A DNA stretch of 62,336 nucleotides, counting the filler, from Diploschistes diacapsis (lineage: Eukaryota), in assembly GCA_023645945.1 (NCBI GenBank). It is 11 parts of 11 records of this genome, joined end to end, with 100 filler letters (N's around TTAATTAATTAA, not from the genome) between each part and the next. Parts side by side here need not be neighbours in the genome. Positions count along the whole stretch, not along the records: positions 37,217 to 40,764 come from JALAIB010001894.1; positions 40,865 to 44,371 come from JALAIB010001896.1; positions 44,472 to 47,974 come from JALAIB010001897.1; positions 48,075 to 51,570 come from JALAIB010001898.1; 7 more parts are not named here. One strand, given 5' to 3'. The position numbers and the translations under genes were made by a program. This document shows positions 37,950 through 51,039 of the stretch, piece after piece. The number at the start of each line of letters is the position of its first letter. The first letter of the stretch is position 1. The notes beneath the pieces are model-generated. The model worked only from the letters and a program-made list of their open reading frames with translations, was not told the DNA's origin and searched no databases.

Positions 37950-40369
37950 TCAGCATCTGCTGCTCCCATCGTCGTAAATACCTCTGACGACCTTTGGTGG
38001 ATTGCCCGCGACCACGGTGAAAGGTGGGACGTCCTGTAAGAGAGAAGCCTCGTCAGCCCACCTATCTGCCAAGACGTACCGAACGGTACTAGTACGCCGC
38101 AACCAACCTTGTGCAGCAAGCTCCCGGCACCAACGGTGCTGCAGCGACCAACTCTGACGCCCGGCAGAATGGTAACGTTGCTTCCGATCCAGGAATCGTC
38201 CTCGACTATGATCTGTCTTCCCAGCGCCCTGCCTTTTCCCTTCTTTCGCTCTCGCGGGTCGATCGCGTAGGTTGCGCACACCAGCTTCACGCCGGGAGAG
38301 AAGACGACATTGTGCCCGATGGTCACGCTGCACGTATCTGTAATTCGGCAGTCCGCACCAATGACCACGTCGTTACCGATGGTCACGTTGTAGCCATAAT
38401 CGCAGTGGAACGGTGCCTCTACCACGACGCCGCTGCCGACAGATCCGTTGGGAACAAAGGCCGGATCGGGAGGAGGATCGTGGGGACCCAGGGGTGGCAC
38501 CGTGGGATCCACGGTGGGCCGCAGAGCAAAGATTTGCCTGAAGAACCTCATGCGGTCTTCGGGTGGGATGCCCGTCGAGGGGTTCGTAGAGTTGTTGAAT
38601 CGCCAGACCGCCAATGCGCATTGCTCCCTGTCCGAGACGAGCGCTGGAGTATAGGGCAGGTAATACTCCCCGCGCAGCATCTTGTCGCGTTCCGACATTT
38701 CAGCGCGGGGATGGGACGAGGGACGCTTCAGAATGGGAGATGTTGCAACGGTGGGGGGAGGAGGCAGCGAGATCGGCGGTGGCTGATGAGGGTTTGCACC
38801 GTGAGGGGGTGGAGGGCCGTGGTGAGGTTGGTGTTGGTGTTGTGGAGGCAGATGTTGGGGTTGAGCGGGCGGGGGACCGGTCTGGCTCAACGAAGAGGGA
38901 GTCATGGGATAGGGAGCAGCAGGATCGGGATTGTCGAGGGGATTCTCGTGCTGCGCCAGCGGCTGGCGCTGCTGCTGCTGCTGCTGCTGCTGGTCGATGG
39001 GTCGCTCGGCATACTTTGGGGGGGGTTGAGTGTGCGGTGGTCCATAAGCAGGAGCAGCATTCGGCCAGCTACCCGGAGGAGGACGTGGAGGTTCGCTGTG
39101 GGGCGACATTCGATGGCCTTCGTCCATGGACTCTCGCTTGGGTCTACGTCCGTAGTCGCTGTTGGCTTCCGGATAATGGTGAGGTGGGTAGGGTGTTCCA
39201 GAGGGCTGCTGCTGCTGTTGTGCAGGAAGTTGCTGTGGCTGCTGGGCCGGTGAACCGTAGTGAGGACCGTCCTTGGACGCCAGGTGAACCGGGTGCTTGC
39301 TTTGGCTCGGTTTCTGCCAGGGATTGCGTGCCGAATAACCCTCGCAAACGAACCCGCCGCGTAAACAGTTGTTACCTGAAAAAGGTGGTTAGTTCGGCTC
39401 GCTTATATGCATTACCGTAGGTAGGCGCAGCAAGGAGAGACATCTTGAAACAGCTACCCCGGCGCACGCGCTGTCATCGTTTCGAGACCATCCTCCTCGT
39501 GCAAATGGCGGTGCAGCTCGATATTTGGGGCCCATGCGAATACGGCGTGGGGGGAAGGAAAAGGATGTCCGCTTACACTCTGGATGAAGCTCGTCGCACT
39601 TCTTCTTACGCTTCCTGCACGTCATGCAGCCTGTCTTGGTTCTATTTGAGAATATTCGCTTCCTCCGTTTGCCACTGCTGTCGACCTGGACTGCGGAGCC
39701 ATTCCGGTCATAGTCGCTGTATTGCTGACGTGATGGATCCTCGCTGTTGGGCAACATAGCGGGCAGATCCTTGCGCGTAATCGAGCCCTCGCTTTCCCGA
39801 CGAAGTGCTGCCGCCGCCAGCCTCTGCTCCGAGTCCCCGGGCGCCTGCGATCTCGAGAGATAGTAATTGTGACCCATGGAGGCGTGTGGGTCAACGCCGC
39901 TTGGGGGCTTGCGATCGCGTTCGCCATCTTCAGACATTTCGCAGTCTTCCTGATTGGCTCGAGAATACTCGGCTCCGCGCTGGGCATCGCGGGAATGCGG
40001 ATCCCGGTCGCCGTCTCGGCGCTCATGGTCTCCAAAAGCTTCCGGGTAAGACCGCTTACGTCTGGGCGGACTTCGCTGACTATCAGGCGTATCCGCTTGT
40101 GCCGGGTCCAGTGAATCGTTCATGGACGGCGGGGAGTTGGATGATTTTGGGCTTTGGTTTTGATGAACCACGCCGTTCATCTTCTGCGAGTCTCTCGAAG
40201 GGCTGGTTGGCGTCTTGCCGATTTGCATCCGGTCCTCACTGGTCGTTGGAGAGGCTCTCCCGTTGACGGCATTGGCTCCGTTGACGGCGGTGAAGGAGTA
40301 TGTGTGAGTGGGTGCTTCCGTCCGTTGCTGGTGTGGTGATGAGGTTCGATTATTATGAGCAGGCGCCAT
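37950..40369 (-). CDS. Zn(II)2Cys6 transcription factor fused to a maltose/galactoside O-acetyltransferase-like (Mac + hexapeptide) domain
   Basis: RTKTGCMTCRKRKKKCDELHPEC|NNCLRGGFVC, a Q/P-rich linker, then ERDKMLRGEYY, EAPFHCDYGYN, WIGSNVTILPGV and DVPPFTVVAGNP. Introns 39376-39576 and 38034-38107. Confidence 0.9.
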
Positions 40370-43300
40370 TGCCCTTTACAGAACTGCTTTGGAAAGTGTT
40401 ATTGAAAAAGACGTGTTCCTGTAGAGATGGTCTGCAGCGGTGGAGAATGCAGCCGCGAGAAGCGTTAATCGCGGTGGAAACGTGTGCAAGGTCGGGAACA
40501 AAAAAAATTTAAAAAAAAGTCCCTCTCAGAGCAAGAGCAAGCTACTCGAGAGCAGATACGTAGCCGACAACCTCGCGAGAACCGTCCGCAGGCTTACAAG
40601 AGACCAGGCTTGGGGTAAAAGAACAGGCGTAGAGTCTTTGCAGAAACAGAAATCGAAGACGAAAGAAAAGAAAATTGGAGCGCAAGCGCACAGCCGGGGG
40701 TTATTGAGCGCAAAGGATGAGCGGCTCTTTGGGTCGAATACGCGGGAGCGGCTTTGCTTGGGAGNNNNNNNNNNNNNNNNNNNNNNNNNNNNNNNNNNNN
40801 NNNNNNNNTTAATTAATTAANNNNNNNNNNNNNNNNNNNNNNNNNNNNNNNNNNNNNNNNNNNNGGGTTAGGTAGGGTTTCTACGTACTGTGTGATTGAT
40901 CCTGCCAAGGAAAGAAGAGCACATGGTTGCATCGCAGCAGGCCAACTCGTGACTCCTTGCAAACTGTATGGCTTTGGATATCTACTTTTGTTCGGGCCTT
41001 TCCTTTGCTCCTTTAGTCTTTTTTGGGTCTGTACGTGCAGAGTACAGCAGCGGCACACAACTCCTTCATCTCAACGACCCCCCCTTGCATATCGCATGGG
41101 GGAAAGTAAACAGCAGCTTGGCAGAGTATAACGCCAGCCCGCCCCCTTCCTACTATGGAAAATACAGGGCATCCAATTCCCGACCCCAGAAAAGTGCTAC
41201 CGGCCCGCTCATCATTCGGCCAACCTGCTCTACCTAGCAGTACTATGCTAAACGGGAAATTGAAGTGGCCTCCGGCAAGGGGGATACTATGGGGGCCTGC
41301 AAGAGGTGAATGGGCGGCGGGAGCCGGAGTCACATGACACGGCGGCCGTGGGGCTGGGCTGAATGGCAGCTGAATGACAGTAAACGCATAGCATGGCATA
41401 CATAACCCTTGCGCGATCAAGCCACTGCCACAATTCTTACAGCTGCCAACCCAATAATGCGTGGCATGGCACACTACGAAGCGGGGCAGCAGCTTTTAGC
41501 AGCCCTGGTCGCATTTGCTGCCACGCGAGATGGCTTCGTCAGCAGCAACAAAACGTGCGTGTGCGCGCAGTGTTGGGTCGCCTGTTTTGATCGAGAGAGT
41601 CCATCCCTAGCGAATGATGGGATAACGGAGGAGGCCGTAGGTGTGCACCTTTTCTTTTTTGATGGCTGGAGCTGTTGAGGGTGCAGCGAAGGGCTCTAGA
41701 ACTTATTTTACGTACTTGTTGTGTACGTAAGAGCCACCACCTCTTTTTTAAAAGGGGGAGCAGTGTGGCTGATACTCTAGCCTCCGGCCGTAAGGGGGAT
41801 AAGGGGAGTGGCTGAACTGACTGGAGCTTGGGGGGGGAGCGAAAGAAACGGGACACGGATTTGCAGACCTTCCGAGAACATCAGCTCAGCCACGGCACAA
41901 CTAGCTCGCACACTAGTTAGCGAAAGTGCGGCCGGACAAAAAAAAGGTTTCCTTCCCCCTTTCCCCATGCGTGACGAGAGCTACGCTTGGTGGAGGAGGA
42001 AGAAGCTCAGGTAATAAGTTCAGTATTAGTAATAATAATAATAATAGCTTGAGATTGGCGAGGCCACATAACTCAGATCTCAGATCGAGATAAGCGAGCT
42101 GTGTAAGCGAGCTGTCACGGCCCACAAAAGCACACGTATACATATACTACATATACGTACGTCATTGCTCATTGAAGAGAAAAAACGGGCAGTTTTTGTA
42201 CCTTCTCCGTAGTCCCTCCGTATTTCTTTTGCTGTTGCAGTACCTATACCGTTCCTGTTTTTTGCCCTGCCGCCTGTAAGAAGAAGAATATAGATTGGAC
42301 ACGGGAAGTGCAGGACGCGCGATCGTCGGCCGGCTACCTGATGCTCGTATCCCTTGCCGAACATCTCTTTTGTCCGCATTCCATCCAATCACCGACTCAC
42401 TCGCGCTGCTCTTTCGTTCTTTCACTGAGTAATGCCGCTACTTTGCAGCGTTTGGCCTTGAGTTCGAATTCGTTATGCAAGGCCCCGTTCCCCTCATACC
42501 CATGCCTTGTCCTACAGTCCCGCTCATCCCACGGCATGCGTGCAACTGCCTGCGACATAACAGCGGTAATGAAGATGCATGCTATTCAACTTTGCCTCGG
42601 TTGCTCGTTGATTGGCTGGCGAGTCCAAGGGAGATATGAGATGCCGGAAAGATGCTGCACCGTTGAACAGTCTGCTGGGATCGTAAGAAATCAAGAGGTG
42701 CGCTTTCTTCGTACATAATCTTCTCATACTGACGGGGATGTAGATTGTTTACGATTGGTATATACAGCTTTGGCACGGCACATACGCTGCAAACTTGTAT
42801 TAACCACGGCTTTGACACCTCATTCTTCGATATTTCGTTGAAGTTGCAGCCGAAATGACCATCCTTACCGGCCATATAGTTACGAGACCCAAACCCAGCA
42901 GTGGAATACGGCCTCTTTGTAAGTAGATCTCGATATTGGCTAGAAAGGCTGCCCCAGCCTAGTTCTGGTCAAAGAGTTCAAGGAACAAGCAACGGTTGCC
43001 TGCATATGGCGTTACCTCACCGATGCACCAGTCAAAACGCTTTCATGTACCTCGTTAAGAACCCGCACGCCCTGCTCTTTCGTGACCTCTGGCGCATACG
43101 AGGAATCTTGCATTTACGTCTGCAAAAAGATTTCCAAATTCTCACCCGGACCAGGAACCCGCCCTTGGAAGCCTCACCGACCTTCTGCCACGTCTTGTGC
43201 GGCCTGCCATTCTGGAACACGGGACTTCCGTTCTTTCAACCGGGACAGACCTCGCTTCCGGAGAGCTGGGACTCCTTTCCCCAGAAGAATCATGTGCGTC

Positions 43301-44471
43301 AATATATAAGATACATTATCTGTAACACAGTTGTCGCGCTGTGGCTGTGGACTTCCCCGAGCGAATTCTGCTCGGCGAGCCCTGTAAGCGAAAATTCCTG
43401 AGGGTCTACCGAAGCTGCATTGCGCAATGGACAAGGCGTCTGAAGACTGTAGGTCAAATTTCTCAGTGCTTACAAATTATGCTCAGCCCGTTGTCGCACA
43501 GGTAATGAGGAGATGACTGGAGCGTACTCTGATGAGCACGAACCGTGCCAGGGTTGAAACGCAAAGGCTTCTGACTGGGCCTTGCCCTCGCCGAAGTTGA
43601 TGGTTGAGGAGAGTGCGCGGTGGCATGCCAATAACCTCTCGCTGAACTCCTGCTTTGAATTTGTGGTTCAGATGGCTGTTGCCTATGTATATCGATCTTA
43701 CTCACAAGATTTTCTCGTTCTCATATCTTGTCAATCGAATAGATTACACAAGTATCTGGCTAGCTGAGCTCAGACCGTGCATGTCGATGCCTATGCTGAT
43801 CTTCTTACTACCGAGTTAATCGTGTAAACATTTGGAGTTGATTATACTAGTGAAATGACTGTCGACGGTCAGGACGATATGCTGGGCTGTTCCTTGGGGT
43901 ATTTCATCGCAGCGGCAAGATGCAAGCGGGCTCTGATGGGCCTGCACGAACCCCAAGTCGATAGAATATCTTTCTCGACCAAAGAAGGTAATCTATTCAG
44001 GCATTCTCACTCTAAGCGTGCGTGGAGCCAGGTTGAGTATAGGAATCGGATGGATCTCGACGCACGACGCAAACCAACAGTCGGCTGCACAAGGCCCAAG
44101 ACAACCCCAGATCTGCAAGGTCGGAACTGCGATGGCGGCCCCATCCAGCATGGAGTTGCTCCCAACTTTACCAGGCTCTGCGCTGGCCAGATGCCTTTCC
44201 ACCCGCCGCTTGCCGTCTCGATAGATTGCAAACCCCGCTTTCCGCAGACCGTTGCACGAGTTTCGTCCTGTCTTTTTCTCGTTGCACCGCAACTTATCCT
44301 TGCGCGTTTGCCCTCTGGACGTTTTGATCTTTGGACGACTACAAGATTGGCGGTTAGGTGCGTCGTGGGGGNNNNNNNNNNNNNNNNNNNNNNNNNNNNN
44401 NNNNNNNNNNNNNNNTTAATTAATTAANNNNNNNNNNNNNNNNNNNNNNNNNNNNNNNNNNNNNNNNNNNN

Positions 44472-45200
44472 ATAATTAATAAATTAAAACTAGCTTTAAA
44501 TTAACTATAAATTAATTAAAGACGAGATCGATATATATAACTAGAACTTGATTGTAATTTAATTAAAAAAAGGAAAGGAAGATAAAGCAATATATAAAAC
44601 AAGCTCTGATAACTATAGATTAAAAGGAAGAAAGAAGTTCTATAAAGCCGAAGCTTTATTACGAACTCTAGTTTAATATATAAACTAAATATAAAAACTA
44701 TTGGAACTAAGATTATTTTAATAATTGATCGTTCAATTCGTTGTTACCATTTATCAGTATATACTTAAATTAATTTATGAAGTAAAGATGTATTCTAAAA
44801 GCTATAGATACCATCGAGCTCTTTATAGCTACTATTATAACTATTAAACGGGTGGATGCCCAATGGCATCATGTCCCATGGCGTCACAGGCGACGCCAGC
44901 GAGGGCAAGGACAAGCAAGCCCAGCAAGAACAAGCGACTCTCCCTAGTAGCACTATAGCTACTACATTCAGGGTCCTATTAGTACTAATTAGTCAGACAG
45001 ACTAACCTATTTAGGTTAATAATCTGACATTGATTATTATTATTATCAACGACCTTATAATTTAAATAAAGAATAAAGATTTATTAATATCTTTTATTAC
45101 CTTAAAAATTTTTCCAAGAGAATAGTCTAAGATTTATAATTACTTTATTTTCTTCTCCTGCCTATACTCCTTTTTTATACGAGACCAAATCTACCTTGAT
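44472..45200. repeat. AT-rich RIP-like repeat relic
   Basis: TpA-rich, ORF-free DNA at a contig end, with a small GC-balanced island at about 44850-44960. Confidence 0.6.
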
Positions 45201-45479
45201 CGATGCCTCGTGTTTACTATGTAGAGATAGAGATAGATCATAACACAGATTAACGCTCAAAATAACTGGGTCCGATATTAATCAGCGATAACCGGCGCAT
45301 CAACGCTTTTGTACCAACCTTTTCCCGCGTAAGCCATGTATAATAAAATAGTCCTGCGCTTCGCTTAGGAATTACAAGGAGGACTCCATAAAAAATATTG
45401 AAAGATATATCCAGCATCCCTACAAGTGTTCTCTTCCCACCTCACCTCACCTCCCCTTCCCACCTCAAGCGCGGCCCAA

Positions 45480-46249
45480 GCCTTCTTCAGCCCTCCTCTT
45501 CGCTTGAGGGAACAGCTCCCAAGCCCTCATTCCCACCCCGCCGCCCTCTCCATCCTCATCACGTCCATCCTATTCTCCTCCATCGTCCCCCCCGTCGAGC
45601 ATGGCACGCCACAGTTCGTCCCATGCACCACCCTCTCCCACCCCACCATCCTCACAGCCGGCATCAATCTCATCCTCGGCGTCGCCGCCGTATCGACCCA
45701 CAGCCTCCCCAGCTGGCTCTCGATCTCCCCGCGCGTCAAGCCCTCCGGATTCGGCACCCAGCGCTCCGTTCCGAGCAGCGACAGCCAGCGCGCCGCCGCA
45801 GTGCGCCAGCACAAAGGTGATGTGCGGGTAGCGGCGGAAGACGCCGGCGTACAGCATGGCGGTCGCGACGCGGTAGGTGTCGAAAGGCGGCTTCAACGAG
45901 GGAGTCGGTGCGGTGAAGCTCCGCGAGGCAAGCGGCGGTGGAGTCGGAGGGTGGGGCGGCGAGCAGACCGAAGCGGTGAGGGTGGCGCTGGACGGAGGGA
46001 GAGGCCAAAGTCGTTGGAGGCGGAGAGGGCGGCCGTCCGCGAAGTCGAGGATGGAGAGCATTTGCATGCTTGTGCCGGCGCGGTCGAGATATTGTAGTGT
46101 TGCGTCCGAGTCCCATTGCTAGTCGGGGCTCCATAAGGAAGTTTTGGGAGTGAGTGTTTTCGACCCTTTTTCGTTGTTGCTCCTCGTTCTTGTGCTGGCA
46201 GAAAGTGTGCGTGGATGTCGAGCTATGCGAGTGATTTTGTCGCCACCAT
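45480..46249 (-). pseudogene. Amidohydrolase-2 family (ACMSD/6-methylsalicylate decarboxylase-like) pseudogene
   Basis: LDIHAHFL metal motif preceded by an in-frame TAG; MQMLS; FDTYR; GVFRRYPHITFVLAHCGGAL; LWVDTA; VVHGTNCG. Frameshifts and an apparent internal deletion. Confidence 0.8.
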
Positions 46250-47326
46250 GGCAAAGGGTTGCGAATCCTCAAATGGGATTTTGGGATTTGGAAATGTAGC
46301 ACGATAATTGTGCTTCACGATGCACGTTGACAAAGGTCATAGCTGTGGATGATACAATGACTTCATGAAACTTTTCGCAGGTGCACAACTCATTTTATAA
46401 CCTGAATAAAAGCAATACTTGCCTTTGCCTTTACAATAGGGTTCATTCTGTCTCAATAATCACGTTCTCCCAAGGATGTTTCTCGCCTAACCAAACAGTT
46501 ACGTTGCAGAGAGCCTCAAGGCCATATAATAAGTCAACCATATCGGCGACAACGCTCTCTTCTTAAAGCCGATATTCTCCATGGAAAACCACCCGCTGCA
46601 ATCCAGAATGCTGAGGCTACTCGCACAATCAGTTTGTCATTTGTATGGGTATGTGAGTCTTTGGGGAGGATGCTTACCAGTATGAGAAAGCCCAAGGGTA
46701 TTTCGCCGACCGACCCGCGTGGCTTTCACGACACGGCAACTGGACTATCTCCTTCACCACGGTCCTTTTCCTGGGAGATCGATGAGCACATGATTCTACA
46801 CGATGTCGCCTTCATCCCACGGCTAGCTTCTGAGGCTTAGATTCAGCAGTGCTCTTGACTTGCTTCGTTTGCTGCATTAAGACGGTCGAGGCTTGGGTGG
46901 GCTTACAACAGGGCGTCAAGAACCTGGATTGGGATCCACCAGAGTAAGCCATCAAACCAACCCTTCCGCAAATACGGCAGCGCGTAGATAGCGCTCTCAA
47001 ACCCGCGCAAAGCCATGGAGATAGATACATGGTAATACCGAGCATCGGACAGTTGACAAAGCATGCCAGTTATGGCACACGGTAGTATATAAGTATGAAA
47101 GGACGGTCTTTCGATCTGCCCCATAACCTCGACCCCAAGCAACCAGGAATCCACCGCCCTCTGCATATGCTCTCGTATGTCCACGGTTAAGAACCTCGTC
47201 AACCTTCCAAAACCCTCCAACGACACCACCTCTTCCTCTCTCAACCCCAATCATCTCAAGCCCACCGGAACCCAAAGCGGAACTCCCAACCGCCCCCGGC
47301 CCATCACCTCCCCCACTCCCACCAGA

Positions 47327-47689
47327 ATGTCCCTCTCAAACAAAACCGCCCTCGTGACCGGCGGCTCCAAAGGCATCGGCGCTTCCATCACCGCCGCCCT
47401 CGTCCGTGAGGGCTGCCGTGTTGTGATATCCTACTCGTCGGACAGCGCGGCCGCCGAGTCAGTCGTCAGCGCACACGGCAAGGACAAGGTGCACGCGGTC
47501 AAGAGCGACGCGGGCGACCTTGGCGACATCGAGGCGCTGGTCAAGGAGACCGTCGACAAATTCGGCGAGATCGACATCTTGATTCCCAATGCGGGAATTC
47601 TGCCGATGAAGACGCTCGAGGAGACGACGCCGGAGGATTTCGAACGGTGCATGGCGACGAATGTCAAGGGGCCGTATTTTCTGTGCCAG
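47327..47689 (+). CDS. Short-chain dehydrogenase/reductase (FabG-like), first exon only
   Basis: KTALVTGGSKGIG, IDILIPNAG, NVKGPYFLCQ; donor GT at 47690; the intron runs to the contig end, finishing on a CTAAC branch site. Confidence 0.88.
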
Positions 47690-48901
47690 GTATGTGCTGG
47701 GATCCTTTTCTACTGGGGCTCGCTGGAGAACGAGGCTGTGGATTTCTTGTGTTTTAATTTCTTGGGAGAAACGTTCTGCCCTGCTCTGCTACACGATGCT
47801 GGGCTAAACTCGCATGCCAACATCCATCTCTCTATTGCCCTAGAAGAGAAGGGCTGCGGAGCCTTCTTTTTCCCTTTTTTTCTCTCTCTCTTACCCCCTT
47901 CCCCACAACCCTCACCTGACACTCCTCCATCCCATCCAATCCCATCCCCCCTCCTCTATCTATTCCCAACTAACNNNNNNNNNNNNNNNNNNNNNNNNNN
48001 NNNNNNNNNNNNNNNNNNTTAATTAATTAANNNNNNNNNNNNNNNNNNNNNNNNNNNNNNNNNNNNNNNNNNNNCATACATACATACATACATAATATAC
48101 TGCAAGATGAACGCCTGAATGAGTAAGTGAATAATAAGTAATAAGACTCTTTTACTCTTTTACTCTTTTACTAATTACTCTTTTCAGCCATCTCGCCATT
48201 GAACTAGGCCAGGACTAGGCTTACACTAGGCTTGAACAAGCTGCCCATGGCCCGTGATGGAGCTGCTAAAATCGGATGCTGAATCCGCTCGTCCTCGCCC
48301 AATAAGGCCTTGACTGTCCATTCTCTCGACTCACAAACAAACTTGGCTCGTCCCTGATCATCGTCCGTAAAAGGCTCGGAGGCCTTTATTGATCGCCAGC
48401 CAGCCACCACTGCCAACGAATTGTCCACAAACGTCCACAAAACTCCTGACAGCCAGTGAGCCCACCGTCTCCCTTATCGTGTCTCTTCTCTTCTCTCTCT
48501 TGCTCTGGGAAGTCGCAAACCTCTCTCCTTTCCCCTTTTTGAACTTCGAAGTGTACTAGTAGGCCGTAATTCTTTCCTTTGGACTTCTCCATGCTGTTCT
48601 TTGTCTACCACCCTGTTTCCCCCCATGCTTCTTTCTTACCTCTATCCTTCTGCCAACAATGCTTCATCAAGTTATCCTTTGACCCTTGAATTTCAAGTGG
48701 CCGTGTAAAGCGTTTTCCTTCAACGATTCTCTTCATCCTACTTTGGTACGGCCGTTGCCGGTTTAATTCCCACCGGATCTGCCTCCGCCTTGAACACCAT
48801 CCTGACTCTCAGCACCTTCAATAATCACAATTCAAGACTGCTGGTACATGCCCCGAAGCTACAGTACCTGAGATATTCACGCATGGCACACTTTCGCTAC
48901 C

Positions 48902-50526
48902 ATGACATCAACTACATTAGTCACGTTCCTCTTGTGAGTTCTCTAATAACAACACTGAAGTCGCCCGCCGACAGCATATAGTCAGGCTCCACGTCCCGTT
49001 GCCCGGGTTGAGATACTGGGATCATGGGACAACTTCCGCAAGCCGTACCCTATGCAGCGAGACCGGAGCTCAGGAAACTGTGAGTGGAGAGGGTGCCACT
49101 CTTTCACCGACATTATCTGCGACGGCGGCGACGCTCTCGATGTCAATGAAGGGAGGCGTGACGGCGGCCTCAAGATGGGAGGAACGTATTGGTACTATGT
49201 AGGCTTTGAATGCCAAGTAACTAAATTTGTCCCAACCTCACACCGTTCATCTAGTATCGCCTTGACGATGACTCCGAGTGTTACAACCCAAAGGAACCTT
49301 CCACGGCCGCTTGCCCGCTGCTTCCAGGCCAGCGTGTCAATGTGCTCGATGTCCCGATCCAGGCCACCTATCCGAGCCTACTGGAAAATTCTTCATCGTG
49401 CTCACTGGCAGAGCAAACATTCACCCTGAATCCAGCTGACAAATTTCTTGCTCCTCAACCGCCGAGCCCTCCCGGCCCCGTCAAACCTGATCGTTTCCGT
49501 ATACGAAGGACGCACCACAGATCGCGGACCGTTTCCCACGGCGAATCCGCCTTGGCCAAAATGGCTCGTTGGACCAAGGACTTGGGCATCTATTCTCGAC
49601 CAGCGACACCTCTTTCCACGCATGCAAAACAGCATTCCAGCAGGAGGTGCTCCTCTGCGCCAGCCCAAAGCGTATCCTGCGAAGACGATGCGTCATCGAA
49701 GCCTAGGCCTTGTCGATCAGCGGATGCTTTGGTGAGCGCCTGGTTACCAGGCCAGGATCCGACGAATCCTTGTGGCGATGAGCTAGAGAGTATTGTTTCC
49801 TCCAGCACGGCAGAGGCTGAACATGTGAAGTCTCAGTGCCTTGACCTACAAGACTTGGTGAAACCTGGCCAGAGCCGAAAATCGCTAGGGTCCGAGCCCG
49901 CCCATAAGACTGTCTCACCGATTCCCTGTCATCCAGACGGGGCTGGTATTGACGAACAAAACGACGCGCACGACCAAGGAACACTGCCAAATCTATTTAT
50001 CGAAAGCCACTATGACCATGTCCCAATTGGAGGCGTATCCGACTTCTGGCCGCAGCCTAGACCTACGGCCTACTCGAAACTGAAGCGCGACCCTGAGTTC
50101 GCAACAGCAAGCTCCTCCAAACGCACAAGCGGCGTCTTCTCGCTGTCGGAGTCCATGGCCGGCCACACAGACTTTTCGTCTCCCCAGTACCGTCATAGCC
50201 AACCTCTCACCCCTTCAGTCAGCGACTTTGGAGAGTTTATTCTCGAAGCCTTCCATCTGGACGATTCTGCCGCCGTTGAGCCCCCGGGTCAGGATGCCAG
50301 TCGGAGATCGGGTGGGTTTTCTGGCTACAATCTCCCAGATGCTGAGCACGCATCGGCCATTACCCTGAGGGCAGAACCAAGTTCGCGCTCAAAGAGGCCA
50401 CCGCTCGAGTCAACCTTCGGAAGCAGGCAGATGGTTGAGAAGTGGGACGATGGTGCTGAGCACCAGAAGAGTGCGCTGCAGGAGCTTGTGGATGAGATGG
50501 GATATCTAAGCAACCTGATCACGTGA
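48902..50526 (+). CDS. Hypothetical protein with an N-terminal AMPK-beta/CBM48-like domain and a long disordered tail
   Basis: VTFLF...VEILGSWDNFRKPYPM...GTYWYYY.LD; introns 48934-48981 and 49199-49254 splice in frame. Confidence 0.75.
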
Positions 50527-51039
50527 CGAAGTCAACACCCTACCACGATTCACGAAAGATATGACTACTACTACCAAAAAAGGAGAAAGTTTCTCTACCT
50601 AATCGCTAATACTTTGCTTCCAGTGCCGCACGGAGAGCGGACATGTTACTAACCGTTGAAAAAACTCGTTTTCCCCTGTTCGCATATCGAAGATCCATGT
50701 CCAATTGACACGATGTGGCCTGACGCTACCTTGGGTGTCAAGCAGCAAAGTCATTTTCCGTGCTATCGGATCTTCAAGAATACAATGTTGCAAGGCGCTT
50801 TTCACGATGGAAGGGATGGGACGGAATATACCCCGGGGTTTCTGCTACTCAGGCGCAATTTTTTTTCTTACTTGTCTACTTTTCTCGCGGACCTGAAAGA
50901 CAATCATCTGTTAATAGAGAGCCAAATACATACGAATTGATTTTTGGAATAATAACTCGATAGTGCCGTTGAATAAGCGGGAAGTGTTATTCTGCCTTAT
51001 GGAGCATCTATAATTTACAGATGTGTTAGATTTTCCGGG

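Noticed and set aside
38111..39420. Long plus-strand ORFs of 380 and 268 aa
   Set aside because: Antisense shadows of the GC-rich Zn2Cys6-acetyltransferase gene, with no motifs of their own.
40865..40880. GGGTTAGGTAGGGTTT at a contig start as a telomere
   Set aside because: Fewer than two perfect TTAGGG units; too short to support a telomere.
42453..42484. GTTCGA inside a GGCCTTG...CAAGGCC stem as a tRNA
   Set aside because: No D-arm, anticodon arm or acceptor stem could be built.
44872..45028. TGTC...TGACA segment as a solo LTR
   Set aside because: No target-site duplication or second copy is visible, and the termini match only weakly.
46903..47250. 115-aa minus-strand ORF upstream of the SDR
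   Set aside because: Non-ATG start, overlaps the SDR leader region, and no family signature.
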